Shown: positions 23,468 to 34,760 of the stretch, in pieces | How the letters are laid out: each line of letters begins with the position of its first letter | Position numbering within the stretch: the stretch's first letter is position 1 | Assembly: GCA_000091205.1 (NCBI GenBank) | Contig: AP006487.2 | Direction: 5' to 3' (one strand) | DNA: 64,000 nt | From: Cyanidioschyzon merolae | Taxonomy: Eukaryota | Program-made: the position numbers and the translations under genes | The notes under the pieces: generated by a model | The model's database searches: none | Told to the model about the DNA's origin: nothing | The model's input: the letters and a program-made list of their open reading frames with translations, nothing else

Positions 23468-24491
23468 TGACGGAACGCCATCCAATATTATCGTCAATCG
23501 CTTTTGGGTTGATTTCAAAGTCACCGGACGGTTTGTCCGTCATCATAATCAATCTCTAGAGCAGCGTCAAAAGAAGAAAGTTTGAAATGGCTTCGTTGCA
23601 AAAGCATAGACGCGTCTTGCTTTGATCACGTAAGCCTTTACGCACTTACGGCCTTTCTTGTACTACTGCATGACGTAATGACCGAAGACAATCGCATGAA
23701 AGCAGGATCACGAGAGCAGCATGTATCTGCAAGATCGATTCATGGCAGCAAGAGGCCAGTCTACATGTCGGCCGCCTGGCTGCAGTGGGACTTCCGACAG
23801 CTGGCCACTTCCGCCCGAGGGGACGTAGTGGCGAGATGCTCGAGGGCCCGTTCGCATTGGCAGGTCAGCCGTCACAACGCCGAGTAGGAGCGAACGTTTG
23901 CCAAGACTCGCCATGAAATTACAACGTACGTGGACGTGGTAGCATCAGCTGCAAACTCACGGTGAGCGAGGAGCAACCCATTCGATAATCGATGCATGGA
24001 GGCAATTCAGCGGGGCGTCGCAGATGCGGAGAACGCCGGATGATACCACAGATCGTTCACAGTCACAGCATGCCATATGCTTGATGTCAATCGAATTCTA
24101 CTCGAACGGAGAGAGTGGATGACGGCATGCATGCGGCTACGTTTCGTTTCATGTGCTTCGTAGTTCGTGTGGTTGAATGCAGAGTTTCCAGAGTGAGGCG
24201 CTCTAAAGAGTCTCCTTGGTGGCGTCAGTCACACGTGATATCAATGCATCAAAGAAATGCCTCCTTTCGAGCCGCTGAACGCCGTGCACAGCGCTAACCT
24301 AGACGAGCAGTCGCTTCGCTTGGATGGCGGCTTCACGGGCGCTGCCTCACGCGCAACTGTGGCGACCTTAGTTACACGGAAAAAGGGCTTCGCAACGTTC
24401 TCAACACGGAAAGACGCTCCGCATAACTTCAATTGCTCCGCGACTCGATGGAACTTACGATCCAGCACGAGCTCGTAGCTGCGAATGGTCC

Positions 24492-26231
24492 TCACGCACT
24501 CGCAGGTTCACACCGCAGCGCATTCGACCCGAAATGTTTCTCCAACTTTTTGAGAGCCTCAGATACCCAAGTAGTGAATGTCGCGGAATTGTCACCTGCG
24601 AGAACCAGAAGTGCTGGTCGGATCACCCACAGATACCATTCTTCTGGACTCCTCTTGCCTCCAGAGTCGACGACCATCCGGAGCTGTGCAATTTTCTGAC
24701 TTAAAAGCTCCATCCATTCTTCTACTGTCATCGTGCCTGCAGCGTTCGCGGCGGCAACGGTCACGGCAGACGATTCGGTGTATGCATGGTGACGAGCGGA
24801 GCCGTCTAATACGCGCCTGTACACCCGCTGCTTTTGCGTTTGCTGTTGTGTCGTCACTGAAGGACAGTGACGCGTCTCCACGATGCTCTCGAAAGGCGTC
24901 GTGGTGCTTAGCGTGCGGGTCTGCTGCTGGTGATGGTGCTGCTGCTGCTGCTGCTGCCGTTGCATTCGTTTGCGGGACTCGCGATGACGCCGGCAAAGTG
25001 CCTCAAATTCACGCGAAAAGCGGGTTAAACGATTTTCAACCGGTGCTTCTAATGACTGAATCGGGGAGAGTGCTTCCTGACTTTTCCCAGTAAGCGATAA
25101 TTCGGCATTCTCGTGATTATCCAGATACGAGTCGGGGGTCAAGTTGATGTCAAAGGCCTGTAGGAATGATTCGAGAAGTCTCTCACCGGAGACACTCACG
25201 GTCCAAAGACTCAGAGATTGCATCGCGGCGGCAGCACCGGTGGTGTCCTCAGGTCCCTCGCATAACGTTCGAAGCATTGCCAGCTTTTCTTGCCAGGAGA
25301 GCATCGCCTCGAAAGCGCGGTACACAAACAGCATGCACGCCTCATCCCAGCGGAGCATTGTGGCTGTCGCTCGATCGACTGCAGCTGCGTCCATGAAGAT
25401 CCTACTCCGCGAGTAATCTAGCTTGGAGATGAGTAATCGAGCGAAATGTTGGAAGAGCGCGGGGTCCGTGTCCTGGATCATACGGCACGTCGTCAGCTCG
25501 CTGTCCTGAATGGGTGCGGTACCATTTCCGATTTGCGTCGCCAAGCGTGGAACTAGTACAGCTTCCACAATGCAGCGTCTGCACGTCTCTAGGTTGCTAT
25601 GATGTGGCTCCGGGATGCGTGACCCGCTGCTTTCAGACCATTTCCAGACACGAACAATGTCTCTGAAAATGGCATAGAGAGGAGCCGTCTGACGGTCGCT
25701 CCACAGCGGCGCGACCATTCGAAGCGTTTCCATGGAGTCTCGGGCTGCGAGAGCGTTACCGAAGCAGAGTAGCTGCTTTAGATAGGGTAAGATGAGCTCA
25801 CGCAGTTCAGGTTTAACGCTGGTAAAGCGAGTCAGCGAAGCAGAACTGTCGCGGGACCACGCTTCCAGGCGGCTTCTCGTCTCTGTTAGGGCGCTGACGA
25901 TCTCTGTGAGCTCTGGTGACGGGTCCATGACACGGGGCTTTTCCACACCTCGTGCTTCAGTGTCAGCAGTTTCGGACTTGAAATACTCTTCAAGAAGTTG
26001 AGGTAGGAAGAGGGCCTCAACCTGTAAGCATAGCGACTGCAGTCGCGCCGATACTTGCTCAGCCTCCCCAGTCGAGTGCCGTAAAACGAACGCGAGCGCT
26101 CCAGGAAAACAGTCAGCGGCTTCTGAGGCTCCCAGCACATGCTCAAGTTTGCCTATCGTTACTTTCAGAAGCTCGATATCCAGCGGCACTGAAACAGCAG
26201 CACAGCGGTTTTCTAGCTGTGTGTTTTCCAT
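24492..26231 (-). CDS. Hypothetical protein (579 aa) with Q/H-rich low-complexity insert
   Basis: Long uninterrupted ORF with coding-like composition. QQQQQQHHHQQQ is encoded by a (CTG/CTGCTG) run near 24930..24960. I could not recognise a domain. Confidence 0.4.
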   Translation of the reverse strand: MENTQLENRCAAVSVPLDIELLKVTIGKLEHVLGASEAADCFPGALAFVLRHSTGEAEQVSARLQSLCLQVEALFLPQLLEEYFKSETADTEARGVEKPRVMDPSPELTEIVSALTETRSRLEAWSRDSSASLTRFTSVKPELRELILPYLKQLLCFGNALAARDSMETLRMVAPLWSDRQTAPLYAIFRDIVRVWKWSESSGSRIPEPHHSNLETCRRCIVEAVLVPRLATQIGNGTAPIQDSELTTCRMIQDTDPALFQHFARLLISKLDYSRSRIFMDAAAVDRATATMLRWDEACMLFVYRAFEAMLSWQEKLAMLRTLCEGPEDTTGAAAAMQSLSLWTVSVSGERLLESFLQAFDINLTPDSYLDNHENAELSLTGKSQEALSPIQSLEAPVENRLTRFSREFEALCRRHRESRKRMQRQQQQQQHHHQQQTRTLSTTTPFESIVETRHCPSVTTQQQTQKQRVYRRVLDGSARHHAYTESSAVTVAAANAAGTMTVEEWMELLSQKIAQLRMVVDSGGKRSPEEWYLWVIRPALLVLAGDNSATFTTWVSEALKKLEKHFGSNALRCEPASA

Positions 26232-26455
26232 GGTTAATGGTTCGCAGTTGATCCGGTACTCGAATCTCTAGAGCATACTAAAAGCCAAAGCTATACTCAG
26301 TAAACTTATTATCTCTGTCTCCACAGTTTGTGACCGACCAAAGATTTCGTTAACCGTTGTCCAGCGGAGAGAAACGGCGGCCTCGCTGATTTGGCTTTCA
26401 ACTTGAATTTGTTTAACCTCAGCTGCGTTGAATCGAATGCATTTTCACAGTCCAT

Positions 26456-27818
26456 AGCAGGAAATCGAAAAGACTAGCCAATGAACCGAACAGATCGTAG
26501 AGGGATTACCTGCAGGAATATACTCGTGAAGGAACAGTGCATGGAGGTCTGCATTCCTCCTTCAGGTCAGTTATGCAACAGGACTCAGATGGCTGAGGAA
26601 CTCTGTAAGAACCAAGAATACGCGCTCCGCGCCAAAAGCCGATATTCTCGAAGACTGGATGCGGTCAATGGTAGAAAGCTACCCGTTGATCACCTGTTCT
26701 GGAAGGAAATAGCGACGATAGTAGCCACCATGGGCGACTCTGTTTCCCACCAGCTTGTTCGTGTGGTGCTGAAAACTCTAGGGTACAGTCGCTAAAGAGA
26801 GTCCGGGTCCACGCATGGGCATCTTCCACCGGCACCAAAATGGCAGCGTTCCTGGAACTCAGCGATCAGTATGACGTCCACGGACGTCGGTTTGTTTTTT
26901 TTCCAGTCGATGCGGCTTCCTTCGGACGAGGCGGTCGGTGCGTTTATGGGTATCCTCGGAGATGGCGTCTGTGCTGTGTACGAACGAACTTGTAGAGAAC
27001 GAGCATGTCATCAACTGTTCGAGCTGCAGTGGATTCTTTTGGCGGCCTCAGTTTCGCTCATAGACAAGACACATACAAGAGCAGCAACGAATTCGTCGAA
27101 TCACTGAAGACGGTTCTCTGACGTCTTCTGACAACCTTCCGTTGGACAACGTGACATTTCACGATTCTTCTTGCGTTCGAGTCTCTGCAGATTCTGTTGG
27201 AATAGAGCCGCTTTTCATTCCTCCGTACGCGCCGTAGTTTAACGCCATCGAAGAAGTCTTTCTTATCGTCGAACGTGGTGATCGCTCCACTGGGCGAACC
27301 GCTGAAGCGTTCAGCACACCGGGACGCCCGGGTACGCCTCGTCGCTCTTCCGCAAGTCCACCTCTGTCCGGAGACGTCCTTACGTCAAGGCGTAAAAAAG
27401 TGCGTCCATTTAAAGCAATAAAAAATCTGACGGCTGAGCTGGGGTGTACACTTCAGAGGGTCGAGACGGAGATAAGCCAGCGGAGCGCTTCGGCAACAGA
27501 TATGCACGGCGAGCTGACAGAGCACCGGGTAGCATAGAGGGCACGGGTTCGATCACTCCTTGCATGGCTGCGTTCCGTCAGAGGCGATAAACGCATGGGG
27601 TTCGTGAACCGAGAATGCAACGCCGCCAACAATATGAGGCGATGTGTGGCGCTGAAGACGAGACCCGAGGAGATGAAGCGATCCAGCTTCATGGGGCGTC
27701 CTCGAAGCCTCCAGGTATCCAAGGAGAGGATGAAACGCATGGCAGGGGGCCGGTCGAAAAGGCTGTGGTGCGTCTACCAGTTGGTATTCATTAACCCTAG
27801 GGTTCTAAAAGTTTTCGT
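26456..27818 (+). mobile_element. Composite element family T, copy A (1363 bp): Tc1/IS630-like DDE remnants plus TnpB-like RuvC-III tail
   Basis: Near-identical to 40969..42330. The DDE order is preserved: VFSQSMRLPSDE.., SLIDKTHTRAA (compare DNAPCHTA), LFIPPYAP*FNAIEEVF (with an in-frame stop). The tail carries MGFVNRECNAANNMRR. Confidence 0.55.
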
Positions 27819-27849
27819 GCCACTGCCCTTTGCGTATTTGTCGCTTTCC

Positions 27850-28200
27850 ACTACCCTGCTCGATCTGTTGCGGGCTTTTTCTGTGACTGCTTCCTTGTTC
27901 CTCTATCTCCTAGCCCAGGCTTTAAATATGCAGATCTGTCATGTCCCTTCAGCTTCATGGTAAGCAGCCGAAGAATGTTGATGGTACCCTACGGGTTCGG
28001 ATTTTGCTGCTTCCCGCTGTCCTTGACGCACGTCACGCACATGCGGAGCTAACTATTCTGCATCGCATCCCATTTTCATATTCGTTGAATACAGTCTCGG
28101 TGTCCAGTTCGCCATGGTGACACCTGAATATTGTCAGGTGTTCCCGCACGTGTCGACCGTGACTATTCATCCCCAGGAGCCGTTCTGTGAACCTTCAACT
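27850..28200. repeat. Diverged member of repeat family R (~75% identity, by eye, to the 6400..6600 portion of R1)
   Basis: Blocks ttctgtgactgcttcc..ctctatctcc..cttcagcttcatggtaagcagccgaagaatgttgatgg align to R1 ctatctgtgactgcctctgtttcctctctcttatctcc..cctccagctccgtagtcagcagtcgaagggtgttgat. The indels are not multiples of 3. Confidence 0.55.
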
Positions 28201-28210
28201 CTTGATTCGT

Positions 28211-28740
28211 CGCTTGGTACAAGCCCCTGACCGGCGCAGAGGGCTTTCCTGAATGCATCCTGCAGTTTCCGTCCTTGGCGCTTTACACTGAAACTACGGG
28301 CGTCTTCTGGGCAAAACCCTCTGTGAGAATGCTGCTCGGTGCAAGCGCAAGCGCACGCTGTTCGATGCGACAGAGAATTTCCGGAACATGGTGATGTTCA
28401 TGATGGAACAATCACCAGAAGCAAAATCCGCGCCGGAAAACGAGTCGAAAAACCTCGATCAGTCTCTGCCGTCATTCTCAAAAGCAGTGGCGCGCTTCCG
28501 ACTGGAGGCGTTTGCTGAGATGACAAGAGTCCGAGTACGAGACCTTTTTCCATACGGGCCGAAGAGATGGAATCCTCTAGCAGTAGATCCCGTAAGGGAT
28601 ATTTTGCTGGTGCGGAATCCCGTTCCGCCCGCAGCCATCCATAGATGAGAAATAATGCTTCGAGCGGAATCGATCATCTGATCGGAAAGGATCAGTGAAC
28701 TTTCCGCAAGAGTCTGTAAACAAGTCGTCAAAGGATGATG
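28211..28740. repeat. Dispersed repeat family X, copy 2 (core only)
   Basis: Near-identical to 17097..17626. Confidence 0.85.
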
Positions 28741-29322
28741 TTTTGCGAAGCTTTCGTTTGCGTGCTCTCCACACATTCATAGCGTTCCTCGACTATAGAC
28801 CTTCAGCGGCGAGCTTGCTTGATCCTGACGGGATTTTCGCGCGAACCTTAGAAAAAGAACCAGGAACATCGCACGCAACTACCGGCAGCAGTCAGCATTG
28901 TCTTTGGAGCATTTCTCAGGCGCATGCTTCAAAATTAGGAGATCTTGTGCTTTAACGAGCCTCGCTGCTCTAGAGCAGCTCGTTTTGTTCTCTTTTCCTT
29001 ACCTAAGTATAGATGCGCATCGCGAACGCCACTCCTGAGCAAGCGTCAAAGATAGGTCAGTGTGATTTTCCCCAATAGCAGATGAGCATCTCCAGGCTGC
29101 ATGCGAATAGTTTCGGCAACCGGCTCGATCAGCCTTGAAAGACTTCACGCAGATAGGGTTCCAGCAAAAGGCAGACAGGTAAACGCTACAACTCGATTTC
29201 CAGCGCACGCGTATGCCGTGGGTATCCACGGGGTCAATCGACTCATCATGCTTCTGTTTCTCGCTGAGAGCACTTTCGAGGCGGATAGGGCTCCGTCGTG
29301 TCTGTCGAGAAGCCAGTGCGCC

Positions 29323-29395
29323 TTTTTTAATTGCTTAAGATCTGTGCATTCGAGATAAGCTGGTACGACGCATCGATCTTAAGCAATTAAAAAAA
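29323..29395. repeat. Perfect 20-bp inverted repeat (ttttttaattgcttaagatc / gatcttaagcaattaaaaaa) around a 32-nt loop
   Basis: Read directly: left arm 29323..29342, right arm 29375..29394, and the two are exact reverse complements. Confidence 0.9.
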
Positions 29396-29974
29396 GTGTA
29401 CTGGCAACATCGTTGCAGGCAAGCCGTTGCTCCAACACAGCAGCCGTGACCAGCGATACCCTTTTTGTGGATCGGTAGTGTGATGGCGCTGAACTCAGCT
29501 TGGGAACCGCTGCGCAGGAACAGTGCCTATGGCATGAAGCGCTTCTGGCGGAAATCTTCACCACGAGAAAGATGCTTCACGGTATGCGATGTTGCCATCG
29601 AGGCTCTTGCTCGAATAGAGCTATCTCCGACGGAACTGTCGCTACATCTCGAAATGCCTTTCTAGACGTCACACCGGGCGATTTTATGACGTATAGAATC
29701 GATCTACTTGAGATGATCTTTCCGGAAATAACACTGAGCAGTTCCAAGCTTTTTGGAGCAGATTCAATTTGAACAGATTCAGATGTCGCTCAGAACGATT
29801 CCTAGTCATCTGGAATCGATGCATCTGAGATCACTTTTTTTGGATGCCGTACGAAACAATTCGTAGAGGTACATCGAATGGGCCTGTCGCATCAGACACC
29901 ACTGAATGCCACGTACAGCAGCTGCCAATGGTAACACATGAACGCGCGCTGCCGACGCTTCGCCAGAGGCACCA

Positions 29975-30295
29975 GATATCGGTAATCATCCTGTCATCGC
30001 TGATCCTTGGTCCCTATCAAAGATCCATCAATCAAGAAAACTCGCGATAGTCCGCCGATATCGAGAGTCATCCTCAAACCACGGATCCTTGGTCCCTGTC
30101 AACGATCCATCAATCAAGAAAACTCGCGATAGTCCGCCGATATCGAGAGTCATCCTCAAACCACGGATCCTTGGTCCCTGTCAACGATCCATCAATCAAG
30201 GAAACTCGCGAAAGTCCGCCGATATCGATCGTCATCCTCTAAGCACGGATCCTTGGTCCCTGTCAACGATCCATCAATCAAGAAAACTCGCGATT
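29975..30295. repeat. Tandem repeat, 82-bp unit x ~3.7, followed by (GCC)8 at 30303..30327
   Basis: The unit gatccttggtccctgtcaacgatccatcaatcaagaaaactcgcgatagtccgccgatatcgagagtcatcctcaaaccacg recurs at 30002, 30084, 30165 and 30247. Confidence 0.85.
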
Positions 30296-31346
30296 GGCAT
30301 GGCGCCGCCGCCGCCGCCGCCGCCGCCATGAATGGCTTAGGCTACCCGCGCGCGTCGAAAGTACACATATTTCTTACTTGGTGTTTTCCATACTTGCGCA
30401 GTGTCGGTTGTTGCCCAGATGAGGTTCTCCGATGGGTAACGGTATGCTGAACACAAACAATTTACCACAGTGGACTTTTTAACCGGTCCGTCTGTGACGG
30501 GCATGCCTCAAGCCCAGCCACGTGCGAAGAACACGTGTTCTGCGCTTGGTGGAAATTTTTGGAAAGTATTTCACGTTCTATCCCGCAACCAACGACAAAA
30601 CGCTGGTTTTTATGCTCCAGTTTTCTTGTATATCCTTCCTTCTAACCTTGCAGACGTCTTGTGGTGGACGTGATGTCCCAGTCAGCGGGGGCGGGGCAGG
30701 GAGGGGTATCCGTGCTCGCTACCACTGCTTGGATAGTGCGCCGTCCATTTGTTGAAGGCGTCCTATACAAAAACGACGCATTGATCAGTTCGTTCGGCGG
30801 CCACCATAGGTTCCAGATTGTCACGTTTGCCCAAACTGCCCCGTTCCTAATACGAGCGAGCCCTGTCCGAAGTATTGCCGAGGCGCAGCAACTTTTGGCG
30901 GCGTCCACCATAAGAAGAGCACAGCTTCCTTCCATTCGTCTTTGAACCAGACTCTCTGACGGCCGCGAGTGCTCCAGTTTACAAATAATTGGACGCTGGG
31001 GCTCTAAACTCTGCGGGAAACATTCAGCAACATCCTTTGCCAATGCAATAGGAGCGCTCAATAGCCCGCAGATGGTACAGTCTGTGCATCCGCATCCAGT
31101 TTGCCCATGGACCAAAACGGGACTGTTTCTATCATATTCAGAGGAGGCTTCTCGGATGCAGTCACCGTGCAGGTGCCTCGAGCACCGCGCCCCGAATCAG
31201 CAGTGCGAGGCCTCCGTTGGTCAGGGAGTGTTGCCCTCGTGAACACATGCAGGCATCGATGCATGAGAGCGAGTCTCGTTGAAAACCTCTCGAGCCCAGC
31301 ACGGCTCGACTCGTGTCAAATACCATCCTAGCCAGCCTTAGCTCCT

Positions 31347-32372
31347 TCATTTTTTCTTGCGCGTCGGTATTCGCGGTGGCGTGATGGAGCGCGGTATGCC
31401 GCCTCCAGTATACGTTGACACCACATTATTCACAGCTGAACCAACAGAGATGCCGAATTTGGCTTTCTTATCCGTCGGCTTGAGAATCTGAAAACTACAC
31501 ATGAGCGTTTCATCTACGCTCATCATCGCGCCAGCGTTATCAAATTCTCCGCAGTAGTTTGGAGCCGAGAAAATTGTAACAAGGCGGCGGTCACAGAAGA
31601 ATTCATATCCATCCTCAACGACCTGATGGGCGCGACAGATGAGATCGAGCTCAAATTTTTCGAGGAAACGTTTCACAACGTCTGGTCCGAAGGTGAAACT
31701 AACTCCTCGATCGTTTTCGCCCCAGCCTTTCACATCCTTATCCGGATCACTCCATAAAAGATCACAGAGGAGGCCTTGGTCGGGCACGTCCGTCGGACGT
31801 GGAAGTTGCCGAATTTGATTCATCGAAGTGAGTTCTGGCGAGAGACCACCATGACAACAGAAAATCTTTTCATCCACAATGGCAGCTACAGGCAGGCAGT
31901 TGAACATATCACAAAAAGTTTTCCAGAGCTTCACGTTGTATCTTCGCCGGCACTCGTCGTAAAAGCCATAAATTCGATTGATGCTTGCCGACTCGTGGTT
32001 GCCGCGCAAAATAAAAAAGTTGCACGGGTAACGAATCTTGTACGCCATAAGCAAACATATGGTTTCCAAGGACTGTTTGCCGCGGTCCACATAGTCTCCA
32101 AGAAAGAGATAGTTCGCCTCGGGAGGATAGCCTCCATAGTCGAAGAGTCGCAGTAGATCCTGGTACTGTCCGTGGATATCGCCGCAAATCTTGACGGGGG
32201 CTTCGATCTCGAGAAGCATCGGTTGTTCGAGTAGAATTCGGCGCGTCTCCATACACAACCATTTTATTTCATCCTCTGCGAGGTTTACCTGACGACCGTG
32301 TCGCCCCCTGATTTCTAGAAGACGCTCAATAATGTTGTCCACATCGTAACCCATGTTCCAAACGTTGCCCAC
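31347..32372 (-). CDS. PP1: Serine/threonine protein phosphatase PP1 catalytic subunit
   Basis: Colinear, very high identity to PP1 over the whole length: [72 protein letters not shown], and the C-terminus ..TPPR. A single uninterrupted ORF of 341 aa. Confidence 0.92.
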   Translation of the reverse strand: MGNVWNMGYDVDNIIERLLEIRGRHGRQVNLAEDEIKWLCMETRRILLEQPMLLEIEAPVKICGDIHGQYQDLLRLFDYGGYPPEANYLFLGDYVDRGKQSLETICLLMAYKIRYPCNFFILRGNHESASINRIYGFYDECRRRYNVKLWKTFCDMFNCLPVAAIVDEKIFCCHGGLSPELTSMNQIRQLPRPTDVPDQGLLCDLLWSDPDKDVKGWGENDRGVSFTFGPDVVKRFLEKFELDLICRAHQVVEDGYEFFCDRRLVTIFSAPNYCGEFDNAGAMMSVDETLMCSFQILKPTDKKAKFGISVGSAVNNVVSTYTGGGIPRSITPPRIPTRKKK

Positions 32373-32900
32373 GAGTGCCGAGAAAACCCCACTGCAACGC
32401 CTGGGACACCCTCTTTACCTCACGACGTGAACGGTTGAAGAGGTTTACAGACAGCCCTGTTCGCTTCCGTGGCGACGCAGCCACGAGTGTGTACACGCGG
32501 TGCAGATGCGAGCGGAAGTTGGCTTCCCAAGGAAACGGCCAGCAGCAGTGCCCTCCGTTCCGTAACAGTCCTCCCAAATAGAGGCAAAGCACCCAAGACA
32601 AGCACACCAGCAAACGCGCTGCCAGACCAGGTGACTATCAGCGCCACCGACCCGAAAGCTGCGTCTGCGCAAACAGTACGTTGTACTGCGCGTGAAGCCA
32701 CAGCAACGGTGCACAGAAGTCGTAAAGGGGCGACGCGCGCGCGCCGTGTAGCGAAGACTCGCCAGCCGCAGCCGGCCGGCGACGTGCGCGCGAAATCGAA
32801 CGCTTCGCGCCGAGGAAGCAAAAAGAGTCAAACTTGCCCATGATGAACCTCTCATCCCAAGGAGTCCTTGCGTGTGCGCCCCGACGTACAACAGCTGCCC

Positions 32901-33686
32901 TCAGAGTTTATTTGCAGCCCAGATGCCAAAGGCGATGACCGCCAGGAGCCCCAACATACTCATGACAAAGATGGGTAAATTGCTCGTATCACGGGTGATG
33001 GCTACTTTGCTGCCTAGCTTCTTGGCGAAGCGCCGTTTCCGCGCTCCACACTGAGGACAGCGAAAGGTTTCCGGTTGCAGTTCGAGTGGCATACCGAATG
33101 CCTTCGTCGAATATTCCCAGCCGCAGTCCACGCATAGCCAGCTTCCGGGCCAGATCTCGTAGTCTGCATTCACGTCAATGTCGGCACTTCCAAGCTCTTC
33201 GTATTCATCCGCCTTGGGTTTCTTCCGTCGAGGCCCAATAGGTGGCTGCTGGACTGGCGACTGCCGCGGCGCAGCGCTCGCTTCAACCTGAGCGCCTGCC
33301 GGGGTGTCGTCAACACGCCCTGACAGGTCGTCAGCGCGACCTGCGTTGGCGCCGGCAACCGGACTCTTTCCGTTCCCACTGGACACCGATTTGCTCTCCG
33401 CCTGCTCCGCTGAGTGAGGCACGTCCCCGCCCATGTCTGACCGGTCCTGCCCGCTGCTAGCACTGCACTGAACGCTGAGCCGCGTGCTGCGTGTGCAGAC
33501 TCTGCCCTTTGTGCTTACCGCTCGCGGGCACGTGGACGAAAATCGTTCCCATCTCGTGCACGAGCGTCTTTGCGTGAAACCACTGTTTACTGCATACAAC
33601 CACATCTGACTGGAAGTTAGCTCTGTGCAAACCGTGAGACAAGCGCGTTGTCCCGTTGATGCAGCTAGCGTCGTGCCGCAGAACAC
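32901..33686 (-). CDS. Rubredoxin-domain protein with C-terminal transmembrane anchor (RubA-like)
   Basis: The rubredoxin motif is WLCVDCGWEY...FRCPQCGARKRRF (compare Y.C..CGY.Y....F.CP.CG..K..F). It is followed by the hydrophobic helix LPIFVMSMLGLLAVIAFGIWAA at the C-terminus. There is a long N-terminal extension and the true start is uncertain. Confidence 0.55.
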   Translation of the reverse strand: MFCGTTLAASTGQRACLTVCTELTSSQMWLYAVNSGFTQRRSCTRWERFSSTCPRAVSTKGRVCTRSTRLSVQCSASSGQDRSDMGGDVPHSAEQAESKSVSSGNGKSPVAGANAGRADDLSGRVDDTPAGAQVEASAAPRQSPVQQPPIGPRRKKPKADEYEELGSADIDVNADYEIWPGSWLCVDCGWEYSTKAFGMPLELQPETFRCPQCGARKRRFAKKLGSKVAITRDTSNLPIFVMSMLGLLAVIAFGIWAANKL

Positions 33687-33788
33687 AGACTCACCCCGCG
33701 ATAGCCGCGCCGTCGAAAACGCCCGTGGCGTTCCGGCCCGCCAACGACTACGCCACTTCGCTGTACTCGAGGGTGCGGCCCACGGAGG

Positions 33789-34760
33789 TTGCGTAGAACA
33801 GAGCCGTCCACGCAGATGAGTGTTTCCAAGGTCTGGCTACTGGTTCCGACCGGCCGACCAGGTCAGCTGTGGCAAAGTCGTGTTGCGGGAGAACCGCCAC
33901 CGCTCACGGACGCACACGTCCACGAGACGCTACGGAGCCTAGAGGCGCAGGGCTTTCGCCTACTCGTTCAAGTGCGTTTACCTGCACGCCTATGCAAAAC
34001 CACGTGCGAGCGAGATAATGAAGGCACTACTGACCGAATGTTTCTCATTTTTGTGGGAAAATCAGGGGAAAGCTTGCTGCGTGGCCAGTCCTTAACGACT
34101 GCGAACTTGGAGTGGCGTTGCGTATTCAGCACGATGGACGCCACCGATGAGCAAAAGGGAGAACTTGGACAGCAGAACTCTCGTCCGCATGGAAAGCCTG
34201 GCCTGCTCGCCAACTTTTGGAGCGCGCTTGAAGATCGTGCCGAGTCGGCTGCAGCTACGGCGCTTGGAGAGCAGTTGACCCTGGGCTCAGAGGAGCCTGG
34301 CGACGATGCCCACCAGCGGCAAACCACTCGACCACCACGTAGTTCAGTTCAAAGTAGCCTTGAGCTAGAGTGGACTCAGGAACCCATGGATGACTCTGCC
34401 GAGGATCTACTGACATCGGACTCAGAAGACGAGGACGCGGTTGTCAATGAAGCGCGACTGCGTCTCGAACGCTGTTCCCAGCAATGCGTGCGTTTCGGTG
34501 ACCCGATGCCGCTTTTACTCTCCGAGCGTCGGAATCGCCAGGCGTCGCCGCGGGAGCAGCGATACTGTAAGCAATGCGGAGGTATGCTCAAATTTGTATT
34601 GCAATTTTTCGTGCAAAAGTGTCTTTTTCTATGTGAGCGACTTGCATTTGCGAACGCTGGACTCGATTTCCCAAAAGAGGTATTCAGCACCGACATTGAG
34701 TCCGCCGACGTCTTCCACTGCGAGGCCGGATGCGGTGCCGCTGAGCTCGATCTGCAGTGA
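33789..34760 (+). CDS. Hypothetical protein (323 aa), acidic and serine-rich in the middle with a Cys-rich C-terminus
   Basis: Long ORF only; I recognised no domain. Confidence 0.3.
   Translation: MRRTEPSTQMSVSKVWLLVPTGRPGQLWQSRVAGEPPPLTDAHVHETLRSLEAQGFRLLVQVRLPARLCKTTCERDNEGTTDRMFLIFVGKSGESLLRGQSLTTANLEWRCVFSTMDATDEQKGELGQQNSRPHGKPGLLANFWSALEDRAESAAATALGEQLTLGSEEPGDDAHQRQTTRPPRSSVQSSLELEWTQEPMDDSAEDLLTSDSEDEDAVVNEARLRLERCSQQCVRFGDPMPLLLSERRNRQASPREQRYCKQCGGMLKFVLQFFVQKCLFLCERLAFANAGLDFPKEVFSTDIESADVFHCEAGCGAAELDLQ

Noticed and set aside
27540-27600. tRNA-like T-arm sequence GGGTTCGATCACTCC in family T copies (also at 42050..42110)
   Set aside because: No cloverleaf can be built (no complementary T-stem, no acceptor stem). 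It is probably coincidental or a very degraded fragment.
32380-32900. Dense overlapping ORFs on both strands (32420..32821 -, 32445..32891 -, 32469..32843 + and others) upstream of PP1
   Set aside because: This is a GC-rich stretch that is stop-codon-poor in all frames. No frame shows motif content, so it is most likely the 5' UTR/promoter region of PP1.
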